Positions 55,034-63,845 of a DNA stretch of 64,000 bases are shown one piece after another. The translations under genes were made by a program, and so were the position numbers. The DNA comes from Thermomicrobiales bacterium (GTDB lineage: Bacteria; Chloroflexota; Chloroflexia; Thermomicrobiales; UBA6265), in assembly GCA_046328335.1 (NCBI GenBank), contig JAXLWU010000005.1, positions 156,675-220,674 on the forward strand, read 5' to 3'. Each line of letters starts with the position of its first letter. Positions within the stretch are counted from its first letter, which is position 1. The notes below the pieces were generated by a model, which was given only the letters and a program-made list of their open reading frames with translations, made no database searches and had not been told where the DNA came from.

Positions 55034-55819
55034 ATGAGCGATCCGCGATCAGCCGCGCCGCCGCTGGTGTCGGTGGTGCTTACCACGCGGGATCGGCCGC
55101 GCTTCCTGCCGCTCGCGCTCGCCGGGTATCGGCAGCAGATCTGGCCGCATCGCGAGTTGATCGTGGTCGATGACGGCGATCGGTTTCCTGCCGACGCAGC
55201 GGCGGTGTGGGCTGCCGGGGGCCGGCTGGTGCGCGTGCCACCCGGCACGCCGCTGGGGAGCAAACTCAACGCCGGGATCGACATCGCCCGTGGCGGGGTG
55301 ATCCAGAAGATGGACGATGACGACTGGTACGGTCCTGATTTTCTCATGGCAACGATGGGCGCGCTTTTGGCGAATTGGCGCGAGGTCTGCCAGCCGACCC
55401 TCGTCTTTCTCTCGCCTTTTCTCTTCTTCGATCTCGCCAGTTGGGAACTGCGCCGCTCGCGCCCCGGTCACCTGCCCGGCGCGACGCTCCTCTTCCCACG
55501 CGACCAATGGGAGGAGCAGCCGTTTCGCCCGCTGCCTGGAGACGAGGACGTCTGGTTCCTCCTCGATCAGACCCGACTCGGCGCGACGACCGTTCAGGCC
55601 GATGCGCTCACCGCCTACCTCGCCGTGCGGCACGCGGGCGTGCCGGAGGATCGCGGTCATACCTGGGTCCACCAGGGGAGCGGCGAGCGCCTCGATGACC
55701 ATACCCGGCGGTTGGAACGGTACGACCAGCCACCGGAGGCGCTGTTGCCGGCGTGGGCGCGCGATGCCTACCGCGCGATCCGGGACGATCCTGATCCGGT
55801 GCCCGGCCGCGAGCGGTGA
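55034..55819 (+). CDS. Family 2 glycosyltransferase
   Basis: VSVVLTTRDRPRFLPLAL...ELIVVDDGD...KMDDDDWYGPDFL, including the DxD-type motif. Confidence 0.85.
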   Translation: MSDPRSAAPPLVSVVLTTRDRPRFLPLALAGYRQQIWPHRELIVVDDGDRFPADAAAVWAAGGRLVRVPPGTPLGSKLNAGIDIARGGVIQKMDDDDWYGPDFLMATMGALLANWREVCQPTLVFLSPFLFFDLASWELRRSRPGHLPGATLLFPRDQWEEQPFRPLPGDEDVWFLLDQTRLGATTVQADALTAYLAVRHAGVPEDRGHTWVHQGSGERLDDHTRRLERYDQPPEALLPAWARDAYRAIRDDPDPVPGRER

Positions 55820-56940
55820 ATTCACGGCCGAGTCTCCTCTATCTCACCCCGGTCACCCCTGCCCGAACCGGGAACGGGTTGGCGATGCGCGCCGGAGCGG
55901 TGCTCATGGCGCTCGTCCGCCATTACGATGTCACGCTCGCGATCGTGCCGCGCTACGGTGACCGCGCCGATGCGCTGCCGGAGGCATTGCGGGCGGCTTG
56001 CCGGCGGGTGGTGCGCCCTGGCGACACGCCGGGGCTGGATGAACGGGAACGGTTCGATGTCGTGCATTGCTTCCGGCTCGCCATGGCGCCGGTTGCCGCG
56101 CCTTGGCTGGACCGCGCCGGAGCGTGGCATCTCGATCTGGATGAGATCGAATCGGAGAGCCGTATGGCCATCGCCGCGCTCCTGGCGGCGAACGGCGACG
56201 AGGCGCGGGCACGACAGGAACGCGAGGCCGCGGCGCGAGCCCGGCAGGCAGAGGACGAGGCGCAGGCGCGGTTCGACCGCGTCTATATCGCCGCGGCGGA
56301 TGACCGCGACCGTCTACTGGCGCGGGAGATCGCCGGCGCCGCGGTTGTCGTCCTCCCGAACACTCTCCCCGATCCCGGATTCTCGCTGTCCCCGCCCCCG
56401 GCGGGTGGAGCGCTGCATCTCCTCTTCGTCGGCACGCTCGGCTACGCGCCGAACGCCGACGCCGTGCGGTTTTTCGCCCGGGAGGTCCTGCCCATCCTGC
56501 GCGACGGCGACGTGGCGACGCGCTTCGTGGTCGTAGGAACGGGATCGGGACCAGACGTGGGCCGCCTGGCGGGCATCCCCGGCGTGACCCTGCTCGGTGA
56601 GGTGCCGGACGTGGTTCCCTGCTATCGCGATGCCCACGTCGCGCTGGCGCCGCTGTGGGCCGGTGGCGGCACCCGGATCAAGATCCTGGAGGCCTTCGCC
56701 CTGCGGCGGCCGGTGGTCACCACCACAATCGGCATCGCCGGCATCGCCGCCGACCACGGCCGCCACGCGCTCATCGCCGACACACCTGAGACCTTCGCCG
56801 CGGCCTGTCACCGGCTCCACGGGGATCAGCGGCTGGCATCGCACATCGTGGACGAGGCTTTCGCCCTCTTTCGCCGCTTGTATACGGATGACGTGCTGGT
56901 CCCCATCGTCGCGCCCGATCCCTCCGTGTCAAAGGATTGA
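55816..56940 (+). CDS. Family 4 (GT-B, group 1) glycosyltransferase
   Basis: LLFVGTLGYAPNADAV...LLGEVPDVVPCYRDAHVALAPLWAGGGTRIKILEAFALRRPVVTT. GTGA overlap with the GT2 gene. Confidence 0.85.
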   Translation: MNSRPSLLYLTPVTPARTGNGLAMRAGAVLMALVRHYDVTLAIVPRYGDRADALPEALRAACRRVVRPGDTPGLDERERFDVVHCFRLAMAPVAAPWLDRAGAWHLDLDEIESESRMAIAALLAANGDEARARQEREAAARARQAEDEAQARFDRVYIAAADDRDRLLAREIAGAAVVVLPNTLPDPGFSLSPPPAGGALHLLFVGTLGYAPNADAVRFFAREVLPILRDGDVATRFVVVGTGSGPDVGRLAGIPGVTLLGEVPDVVPCYRDAHVALAPLWAGGGTRIKILEAFALRRPVVTTTIGIAGIAADHGRHALIADTPETFAAACHRLHGDQRLASHIVDEAFALFRRLYTDDVLVPIVAPDPSVSKD

Positions 56941-57023
56941 CCGCGCTGGTGTGCCCGATCTGACAGCCATGTCGGGTGTCTGCTCCCACACTCGTGAGCA
57001 TGAACTCACGAAAGGAGAAACAC

Positions 57024-57542
57024 GTGGACAGGATAGATTTCGATCGCGTCGCCGCCGTTTTCGCTCAGGCGCAAGATCGCCGGGGTGTGCTGCGCCTGCT
57101 GGGCGCGGCGATTGCCAGTGGTGGGACGGTGACGGTGTTGGCATCGACCGAAATCGACGTGAAGGCCAAGAAAAAGAAGCATCGCAAGCCGACCTGCAAG
57201 GATGGCCGCAAGAATGGCTCCGAGACTGATGTCGATTGCGGCGGGTCGTGTCCGCGCTGCAAGGTGACGAAAACGTGCCAGAACCGGGACGACTGCGTCA
57301 CCGCTCTCTGCGAGGGCGGCGTCTGCATCGAGCCGGAGAACGCCACCGATTGCGGTCTCGATGCCGGTGGCGGGAACTGCGCCACCCGCGTCAACAGCGA
57401 CAACGTCAGGATCTGCACCAAGATCAATGGCCGCTTCTTCCTCGACGGGACCTGCCAGGATCGATGCCGCGGCGAAGAGCAGTGCGTGCTGCCGGTGAGC
57501 GGTGGAGTGGAGTGCGTGCTGCCGTGTGGCGTGGCGGCCTGA
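57024..57542 (+). CDS. Secreted Cys-rich protein, paralog P6
   Basis: GTG follows AAAGGAG. N-terminus (M)DRIDFDRVAAVFAQAQDRRGVLRLLGAAIASGG, then KAKKKKHRKPTCKDGRKNG, then ETDVDCGGSCPRCKVTKTCQNRDDCVTALCEGGVC... Confidence 0.75.
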   Translation: MDRIDFDRVAAVFAQAQDRRGVLRLLGAAIASGGTVTVLASTEIDVKAKKKKHRKPTCKDGRKNGSETDVDCGGSCPRCKVTKTCQNRDDCVTALCEGGVCIEPENATDCGLDAGGGNCATRVNSDNVRICTKINGRFFLDGTCQDRCRGEEQCVLPVSGGVECVLPCGVAA

Positions 57543-57701
57543 GTCGCGGTGTCTGCCCACCTGCCAAACAGAGTAAGCTGATTCAAGCAAGAATGCAGAC
57601 GATGATCCCCGCTGGATGATAGCGAGATTCCTGCGGTCCAGGACTGTCGTGCAACGGTTGCACGTTCGATAATCGACTTTACAGAAACCATGCCAAAAAC
57701 C

Positions 57702-57797
57702 TTGACGAATTGAGCGAATCTGAGTACCATAAATGCAACTCCCCCTGCGGCTTTCCCCGCAGGGCCACGAGCCGCCCCATAAGGGCGGCTCTTTTTC
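57702..57797 (+). promoter_or_regulatory. Leader L2: TTGACG-17 nt-TACCAT promoter, hairpin 1, terminator hairpin 2 with T5, directly upstream of NYN copy 2
   Basis: -35 at 57702..57707 and -10 at 57725..57730. Hairpin 1 is CCCTGCGG-CTTTC-CCGCAGGG (57743..57764). Hairpin 2 is GAGCCGCCC-CATAA-GGGCGGCTC (57769..57791), followed by TTTTT. Confidence 0.5.
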
Positions 57798-57809
57798 GTG
57801 TCGGACGAG

Positions 57810-58481
57810 GTGAGAGCGGGCACCTATACGTACTATGACGGGTTCAATTTCTACTATCGACTGTTCAAGAATCGTCGGCGAACTCACAAATTGCCTGCGA
57901 ATCTCAAGTGGTTGGATCTACTGAAGCTGAGTCAATCTCTTGCTCCAGGACAGACGGTTGACTGGGTTGGTTATTTCACCGCATTTGTTCGGCAGAATCC
58001 TCTTGATCCAGATCAACACGTTCGTCAACGGGCTTACATTGAGGCATTGAGGACGATTCCTTGTCTAGAGATCGTTGAAGGGAAGTTCCAGCCGACAACA
58101 AAGCGTGGGATACCGGTTGGCTGTGCAATCTGCGGTGCGAGCGCAGTCTCTCCGATCGAATTCAATACCTTCGAAGAGAAGGGATCGGATGTGAACCTGG
58201 CTGCAAGGTTGGTTCGCGACGCAGCGCTAGGCAAGTTCTCCGCAGCATTGGTGATCTCAAATGACAGTGATCTTGCGGAGGCAATTCGAATTGCCACCGA
58301 CGATTTTGGTCGAGTTGTCCACGTCCTTAGCCCAGATATCAACGTGAACAATTCCTTGACGAAGGTCGCATCAAGCGCCAAACCACTTGACGTGAAGTTG
58401 CTGAAGCGATGCCAGTTCCCGCCGACACTGCGGAACGCGGCGGGCATTGTCATCAGCAGGCCTGTTGCCTGGTCGCGTTAG
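57810..58481 (+). CDS. NYN-domain (PIN-like ribonuclease fold) protein, copy 2
   Basis: (V)RAGTYTYYDGFNFYYRLFKN...LKWLDLLKLSQ...EEKGSDVNLAARLVRDAALGKFSAALVISNDSDLAEAIRIA. Visibly lower GC. The start could be GTG 57798 or 57810; 57810 matches the geometry of copy 1. Confidence 0.85.
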   Translation: MRAGTYTYYDGFNFYYRLFKNRRRTHKLPANLKWLDLLKLSQSLAPGQTVDWVGYFTAFVRQNPLDPDQHVRQRAYIEALRTIPCLEIVEGKFQPTTKRGIPVGCAICGASAVSPIEFNTFEEKGSDVNLAARLVRDAALGKFSAALVISNDSDLAEAIRIATDDFGRVVHVLSPDINVNNSLTKVASSAKPLDVKLLKRCQFPPTLRNAAGIVISRPVAWSR

Positions 58482-58756
58482 CAGGGCTACGGGAAAAAGT
58501 CTGCGCGACTTCGGTACTGACCTCAAACAGAGTGACTCTTGTGTCCAGGTCGAACAATTGTGCGCGGGGACCAGTCTGCAGGTCGTACCGGATTTCGGGG
58601 AAGAGGCGGGGATCGGGGAATCGGTACGGTACAATGCAAAACTGACCGGACGCAGCGGTGATCCGGTGGTGCGTGCCGTCCCAATGGCACGGAACGTGAG
58701 TTCTGACAGGAAGCGCTGGCCACGGGCGCAGCCCGCGGCGCACGAGAGGCGAACGC

Positions 58757-59857
58757 ATGGCGACCACCAGGGGCCAGACCCGGAAGAGAAAGGCGTCGTC
58801 GTCAGACGACGGGCCCGTAGCGGCGTCGCCGCGGACATCCCCCGCGTCGCGCAACGGCGCTGACTCTCTCCCCCTCGGCAAGGACAAGATTCTCGATCTC
58901 TATCGTGAGATGAATGTGATCCGCCTCTTCGAGGACGCCGCCCAGCGCGGTTTCCGCACCGGGAAGGTCGGTGGCTACCTCCATCTCTACAGCGGTCAGG
59001 AAGCCGTCGCCACCGGGTTTCTGACCTGCTACCAGGAGAGCGACCGGGTCATCACCGCCTACCGCGACCATGCCCATGCCCTTCTTCTCGGCAGTCACCC
59101 GAACGCGGTGATGGCCGAGCTCTATGGCAAGGGCACCGGGCTGGTCAAGGGCAAGGGCGGCTCGATGCACCTGTTCGATGTCGAAAACGGCTTCTGGGGC
59201 GGGTACGGCATCGTCGGCGGGCATATTCCGCTCGGGGTCGGCATGGCCTATGCCCTGCGCTACCAGGGAACCGACGGCATCGTGCAACTCTATCTCGGCG
59301 ACGGCGCGATCCACAACGGCGCGTTCCACGAGGCGGCCAACCTGGCCGGGCTCTGGGGACGCGACGGCATGAATCCTACCCTCTTCATTCTCGAGAACAA
59401 CCGTTACGGGATGGGCACCAGCGTCGAACGCGCCACGGCGATGACCGATCTCTCGGCGAAGTTCGATTCCTACGGCATCGAGCACGAGGATGTCGACGGC
59501 ATGGACCTCTTCGCCGTGCTCGCAGTCGCGGAGCGGGCCATCGCCCGCGTGCGTGAAACCGGCAAGCCGTATGCCATCGAGGCGATCACCTACCGCATCG
59601 CGCCCCACGGCGCGGCCGACTTCCTGGAGCGCTACCGGAGCAAGGACGAGGTCGCGGAATGGCGGCAGCGCGATCCGATCGGAATTGTCGAGGCGCGCCT
59701 GATCGAGGCGGGGGTCGCGGACGACACGCTCGACGCGATCAAGGCGGAGGCGAAGGCGACGGTCGATGAAGCGGTCCGCTTCGCCGAGCAGAGCCCGGAA
59801 CCGCCGCTCGACGAGTTGTACACCGATGTCTACGCCGATACCGTGGTGACCGGGTGA
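58757..59857 (+). CDS. pdhA: Pyruvate (2-oxoacid) dehydrogenase E1 alpha subunit
   Basis: YRDHAH, GKGGSMH and the GDGAIHNGAFHEAANLA TPP-binding pattern. Confidence 0.9.
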   Translation: MATTRGQTRKRKASSSDDGPVAASPRTSPASRNGADSLPLGKDKILDLYREMNVIRLFEDAAQRGFRTGKVGGYLHLYSGQEAVATGFLTCYQESDRVITAYRDHAHALLLGSHPNAVMAELYGKGTGLVKGKGGSMHLFDVENGFWGGYGIVGGHIPLGVGMAYALRYQGTDGIVQLYLGDGAIHNGAFHEAANLAGLWGRDGMNPTLFILENNRYGMGTSVERATAMTDLSAKFDSYGIEHEDVDGMDLFAVLAVAERAIARVRETGKPYAIEAITYRIAPHGAADFLERYRSKDEVAEWRQRDPIGIVEARLIEAGVADDTLDAIKAEAKATVDEAVRFAEQSPEPPLDELYTDVYADTVVTG

Positions 59858-60055
59858 GCGGCGAGTCGGCAAGACGACAAGACGGCAAGACAGCGAGTCG
59901 AGAAGGCGAGTGGTCGAGCAGTCGAGGAGAAGAGACGGCAAGGCGGCAAGGCGGCAAGGAAGAGGATTGTCGTTCTCCTGACTCCTGTCTCCTGACACCC
60001 GCCACCCGCCACCCGACACCTGCCACCGATCGTCCCAAAGGAAGGTGCTAACCCG
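59858..60055. repeat. Low-complexity repeat-filled spacer inside the pdh operon
   Basis: GGCAAGACGACAAGACGGCAAGAC..., GGCAAGGCGGCAAGGCGGCAAGG, CTCCTGACTCCTGTCTCCTGACACC and CGCCACCCGCCACCCGACACCTGCCACC. Confidence 0.6.
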
Positions 60056-61033
60056 ATGGCCGTGATGACCTATCGCGAGGCGTTGCGCTCGGCGATGGCG
60101 GAAGAGATGGAGCGCGACGAGTCGGTGGTGATCCTGGGTGAGGACATCGGCGTCTACGGCGGCACGCACCTCGTCACCGATACCCTGCTCGAGAAATTCG
60201 GTCCCAAGCGGGTGATCGATACCCCCATCGCCGAGGGCGGCTTCACCGGCGCCGCGATCGGGATGGCGATGATGGGCATGCGCCCCATCGTCGAGATGAT
60301 GACCTGGAACTTCTCCTTCCAGGCGGTCGATCAGATCATCCAGAACGCGGCCAAGGCGCGCTATTTCTCCGCGGGGCAGGCAGGGGTGCCGATGGTCATC
60401 CGCGGGCCCAATGGCGGTGGCGTGCAACTCTCCGCGCAACACACGCACAGCCTGGAGGGGTTCTACGGCCACTTCCCGGGGCTGAAGGTGGTTTCCCCGG
60501 TGACGCCGCACGACGTCAAGGGGATGATGCTGACCGCGATTCGCGATCCGAACCCGGTCATCTTTCTCGAAGCGGGCGCGCTCTATGGCACCAAGGGCGA
60601 GGTTCCCGACGGGGAGTATCTGGTCCCCTTCGGGCAGGCGCGCGTGGCGCGGGAAGGAACGGACATCACCCTGATCGGTTATGGCCGGCAGGTGAACATG
60701 CTGCTGCGGGTGGCGGATCGTCTCGCCGAGGAGCAGATCGCCGCCGAGGTGATCGACCTGCGCTCGATCCGTCCCTTCGATGAAAAGACGATCGTCGCAT
60801 CGGTGCGCAAGACGCACCGTGCGGTGGTGGTGCAGGAGCAGTGGCGCTGGTTCAGCGTCGCCTCCGAAGTCGCCGCCATCCTCCAGGAGCAGGCGTTCGA
60901 CGATCTCGATGCCCCGGTGGAGCGGGTCAGCGGCGCCGAGGCGCCCGCGCCCACGCGCGGAACCTCGAATTGGCGGCCTTCCCCAACAGAGCAGCAGATC
61001 ATCGACGCGGTCCACCGCGCGCTCTATCGGTAG
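60056..61033 (+). CDS. pdhB: Pyruvate dehydrogenase E1 beta subunit
   Basis: MTYREALRSAMAEEMERDESVVILGEDIGVYGG...RVIDTPIAEGGFTGAAIGMA. Confidence 0.9.
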   Translation: MAVMTYREALRSAMAEEMERDESVVILGEDIGVYGGTHLVTDTLLEKFGPKRVIDTPIAEGGFTGAAIGMAMMGMRPIVEMMTWNFSFQAVDQIIQNAAKARYFSAGQAGVPMVIRGPNGGGVQLSAQHTHSLEGFYGHFPGLKVVSPVTPHDVKGMMLTAIRDPNPVIFLEAGALYGTKGEVPDGEYLVPFGQARVAREGTDITLIGYGRQVNMLLRVADRLAEEQIAAEVIDLRSIRPFDEKTIVASVRKTHRAVVVQEQWRWFSVASEVAAILQEQAFDDLDAPVERVSGAEAPAPTRGTSNWRPSPTEQQIIDAVHRALYR

Positions 61034-61063
61034 GTGGGTGAATAGCGAGGGATGGCAAGAATG

Positions 61064-61138
61064 CCGGATAGACGGGCGACGCAGGCGTCGCCCTACGCAA
61101 CAGACGTCTGTTGCGTAGGGGCGACGCCTGCGTCGCCC
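61064..61138. repeat. Family D long palindrome, copy 2
   Basis: GGGCGACGCAGGCGTCGCCCTACGCAACAGACGTCTGTTGCGTAGGGGCGACGCCTGCGTCGCCC, in the pdhB-pdhC spacer. Confidence 0.7.
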
Positions 61139-61249
61139 GTCTCCCTTGGAAGCGGGTGGCGGTTCTGAAAATCCGGGTCAATCCCGACGGTCCCAGTACA
61201 CAGGGAACGACGTGCAACCAGTAACGAGTAGCGAGTAAGGACGACGCCA

Positions 61250-62602
61250 ATGCCGACCGTCATCATGCCCAAGATGGGCGACGCCATGGAAGAGGGCACG
61301 CTCCTCCGCTGGCTGAAACAGGTGGGCGATGAGGTCGCCGTGGGGGATCCGCTCGCGGAGATCGAGACGGACAAGGTTTCGCTCGAAATCGAGGCGACCG
61401 AGGCCGGGGTCCTGACCAAGACCTACGTCAATGAAGGGGCGGTGGTCCCGATCGGCAGCCCGATCGCCGCCATCGGTGAAGAGACGATCGCCGCGTCCGA
61501 GGAAGCGGCGACGGAACCGGAAGCCGTGCCAGTCGCGGCGGTCGTGGAACCAGTAGCCGCGCCGGTTTCGGCCGCTACCAACGGACGTGCCGCGCCCGAG
61601 GCGCCGGTCCCGGTTCCGGTGCCGGTGGTTGCCGCTCCTGTCGAGGTCGGCGCCGGTGAGCGGTTGCGCGCCTCGCCGCTGGTCAAGCGCCTCGCCGCCG
61701 AGCATGGGATCGATCTGCGCGGCATCGTCGGCAGCGGCCCCGGTGGTCGCATCGTGCGCGACGATATCGCCGCGCTGCTCACCGGCGCGCCACGCGTCGC
61801 GCCTGATCCCGCAGCGGTTCCGGCCCCGGCTCCTGCACCCGCGCCGCAGCCAGCGCAACCGGCGCCAGCGCCACAACCCGCGCCGGTCGCGGCGGCGCCA
61901 GCGGCGCGTCAACCTGGTGTTCCGCGCGAATTGAGCACCATTCGCAAGACGATCGGCCGCCGCATGGCGGAATCGATGCAAACGGCGCCGCACTTCTACG
62001 TCACGGTCGAGGTCGACATGGCCCCGGCCGCGGCGCTGCGCGAGCAGATCAACGCCCAGGCCCCAGACGACGCCGCGAAGATCTCGTTCAACGACCTGAT
62101 CCTCAAGGCCGCCGCGCTGGCGCTGCGGGAATTTCCGAATCTCAATTCGGCGTTGCAGGGGGACCAGATCGTCGAGTTCCCGAATATCGACATCAACATC
62201 GCCGTCGCCGTCGAGGGTGGCTTGATCGCGCCGTTCATACCCGATGCCGATCAGAAGGGGCTGCTGACGATCGCTCGGATGAGCAAGGATCTCATCGCAC
62301 GGGCGAGGCATGGCGGACTGTTGCCCGCCGAATACCAGGGGGGCACCTTCACGATCTCCAACCTCGGCATGTACGACGTCGAGGAGTTCATCGCCATCAT
62401 CAACCCGCCACAGGCGGCGATCCTGGCGATTGCCTCGATCAAGGATGTACCAGTGGTGGCCGATGGCCAGATCGTCCCGGGCAAGCGGATGAACATCACC
62501 CTCTCGTCCGACCATCGCGTCACCGATGGCGCCGAAGCGGCCCGCTACCTGCAGGTGGTCAAGCGTTACCTGGAGAACCCGCTGACGATCGCGTTTTCCT
62601 GA
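61250..62602 (+). CDS. pdhC: Dihydrolipoamide acetyltransferase E2
   Basis: Lipoyl domain (LAEIETDKVSLEIEA), Ala/Pro linkers, a subunit-binding domain (ASPLVKRLAAEHGIDLRGIVGSGPGGRIV), and a catalytic domain (SSDHRVTDGA). Confidence 0.9.
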   Translation: MPTVIMPKMGDAMEEGTLLRWLKQVGDEVAVGDPLAEIETDKVSLEIEATEAGVLTKTYVNEGAVVPIGSPIAAIGEETIAASEEAATEPEAVPVAAVVEPVAAPVSAATNGRAAPEAPVPVPVPVVAAPVEVGAGERLRASPLVKRLAAEHGIDLRGIVGSGPGGRIVRDDIAALLTGAPRVAPDPAAVPAPAPAPAPQPAQPAPAPQPAPVAAAPAARQPGVPRELSTIRKTIGRRMAESMQTAPHFYVTVEVDMAPAAALREQINAQAPDDAAKISFNDLILKAAALALREFPNLNSALQGDQIVEFPNIDINIAVAVEGGLIAPFIPDADQKGLLTIARMSKDLIARARHGGLLPAEYQGGTFTISNLGMYDVEEFIAIINPPQAAILAIASIKDVPVVADGQIVPGKRMNITLSSDHRVTDGAEAARYLQVVKRYLENPLTIAFS

Positions 62603-62620
62603 GGTTGACCCTCACCCCAA

Positions 62621-62655
62621 CCCCTCTCCCGCTTGGCGGGAGAGGGGCTTTTTGT
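62621..62655 (+). terminator. Rho-independent terminator of the pdh operon, built from a family-A-like half element
   Basis: CCCCTCTCCCGC-TTG-GCGGGAGAGGGG followed by CTTTTTGTGTTGT, 19 nt after the pdhC stop. It is preceded by CCCTCACCCCAA as in family A. Confidence 0.7.
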
Positions 62656-62770
62656 GTTGTACCCAGGGTCGTCGCCCAGGGTTCACTCCGTCGCGGGGAT
62701 CGATCACCTGGAGGGTGTCATTCGGCACGCGGTCAGTTTGCCCCTGAAGTCGATGATGGACTCTGTCTCG

Positions 62771-63508
62771 TCAGATGATCGTTGCGAACAACACCGAAGT
62801 GGCGGCGCGGGCGCCGATGAGGGTGCTGCCGGGAGCGGCGGAGCGGATGGCGTAGAAGGTATCACTGCTGATAATCGTGCGTAAGGTTTCATGCGTGCCG
62901 GTACCGTTCACCAGTTCGATGTCGCCCTGCTCGACCAGCACCAGGGTTTCCCCGAGGGTGGCGGGGAGCGGCACCATGTCGCCCGGTTCGAGGTTGACGC
63001 GATAGAGGGCGAGCGTTGTTTCGCCGCTGGGCACGGTGAAGGCTGGACCCGGGAAGAGCAGTCGATCGCCACCGGCATCGGTGGCAGCGTCGGCCGTCAC
63101 CAGCCCGATCCGAAGATACGCCTGAGCGCCGCCAGCGAGGGTTTCGCGGCGCTGCATCGTCCCCTCGCGGACAAAGGATGCCTCACCTGGCGCCAGCCGG
63201 CTGGCGCTGCCGGTCGCCTCGTCGGTCAGTAGGAGCGAGGTGAACGGCGCGCTGGCAATGGCAAACCCGAGGGCGCGCCGCTCGAAGGGCGCGTTCTGCC
63301 CCGGCTCGGCCACGTCCCGCACGACGCGCCAGGCCAGCGTTCCGGCGGACATCTCCGTTTCACCGCGAACGAGCAGGACGGCGTTTGCTGAAGCCTCGTT
63401 CGTTGCGACTGCCGCGGCGGGGGCTCGCGCCAGCGTCAAGCCACATCCCATGGCCACCACCAGAAGCGTTCTCCGGGGTATGTGGAATTCTTGACCTTGG
63501 TTCGCCAT
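62771..63508 (-). CDS. Tat-signal hypothetical protein (possibly cupin-like)
   Basis: MANQGQEFHIPRRTLLVVAMGCGLTLARAPAAAVA. The remainder is beta-rich with two similar halves. The family is not recognised. Confidence 0.5.
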   Translation of the reverse strand: MANQGQEFHIPRRTLLVVAMGCGLTLARAPAAAVATNEASANAVLLVRGETEMSAGTLAWRVVRDVAEPGQNAPFERRALGFAIASAPFTSLLLTDEATGSASRLAPGEASFVREGTMQRRETLAGGAQAYLRIGLVTADAATDAGGDRLLFPGPAFTVPSGETTLALYRVNLEPGDMVPLPATLGETLVLVEQGDIELVNGTGTHETLRTIISSDTFYAIRSAAPGSTLIGARAATSVLFATII

Positions 63509-63845
63509 CGAGTGAGTCCTTCCGGAATTGTTCAGAGTGTCAACGACACGATGCGGCAATTGCCGTGAAACCCCATGGCGGCGAATGAGCAACAATGCGG
63601 TGGAGGATCACTTGCTTGCCGCCTTGAAGAACCCCTTCTCGTCGCGCCAATTGCCGTTCGTCATGTACCGCGATCGCACCGGAATCGAGCCGTCCACTTG
63701 TCGAATCATAAAGATATGATGTGTAGCACACTTTGCGTTGACATTATGAACGTCACAGAGATAATGAGCGAATCTGGTCGTGCGACTCATGTCCGCGACG
63801 ATACCCCAGGATGTTGGTCTGTTACGTCAAGGGAAGATTGCAGTC

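Noticed and set aside
58802-61015. 737-aa ORF antisense to pdhA/pdhB, and 61178..62515(-) antisense to pdhC.
   Set aside because: These are the longest ORFs in the area, but they span two genes plus a repeat-filled spacer on the opposite strand and contain no protein-like motifs.
63509-63845. A low-GC non-coding stretch that might hold a small gene or RNA.
   Set aside because: It holds only a plausible promoter (TTGACA, 16 nt, GATAAT) for the downstream partial ORF. The short track ORFs there have no supporting features.
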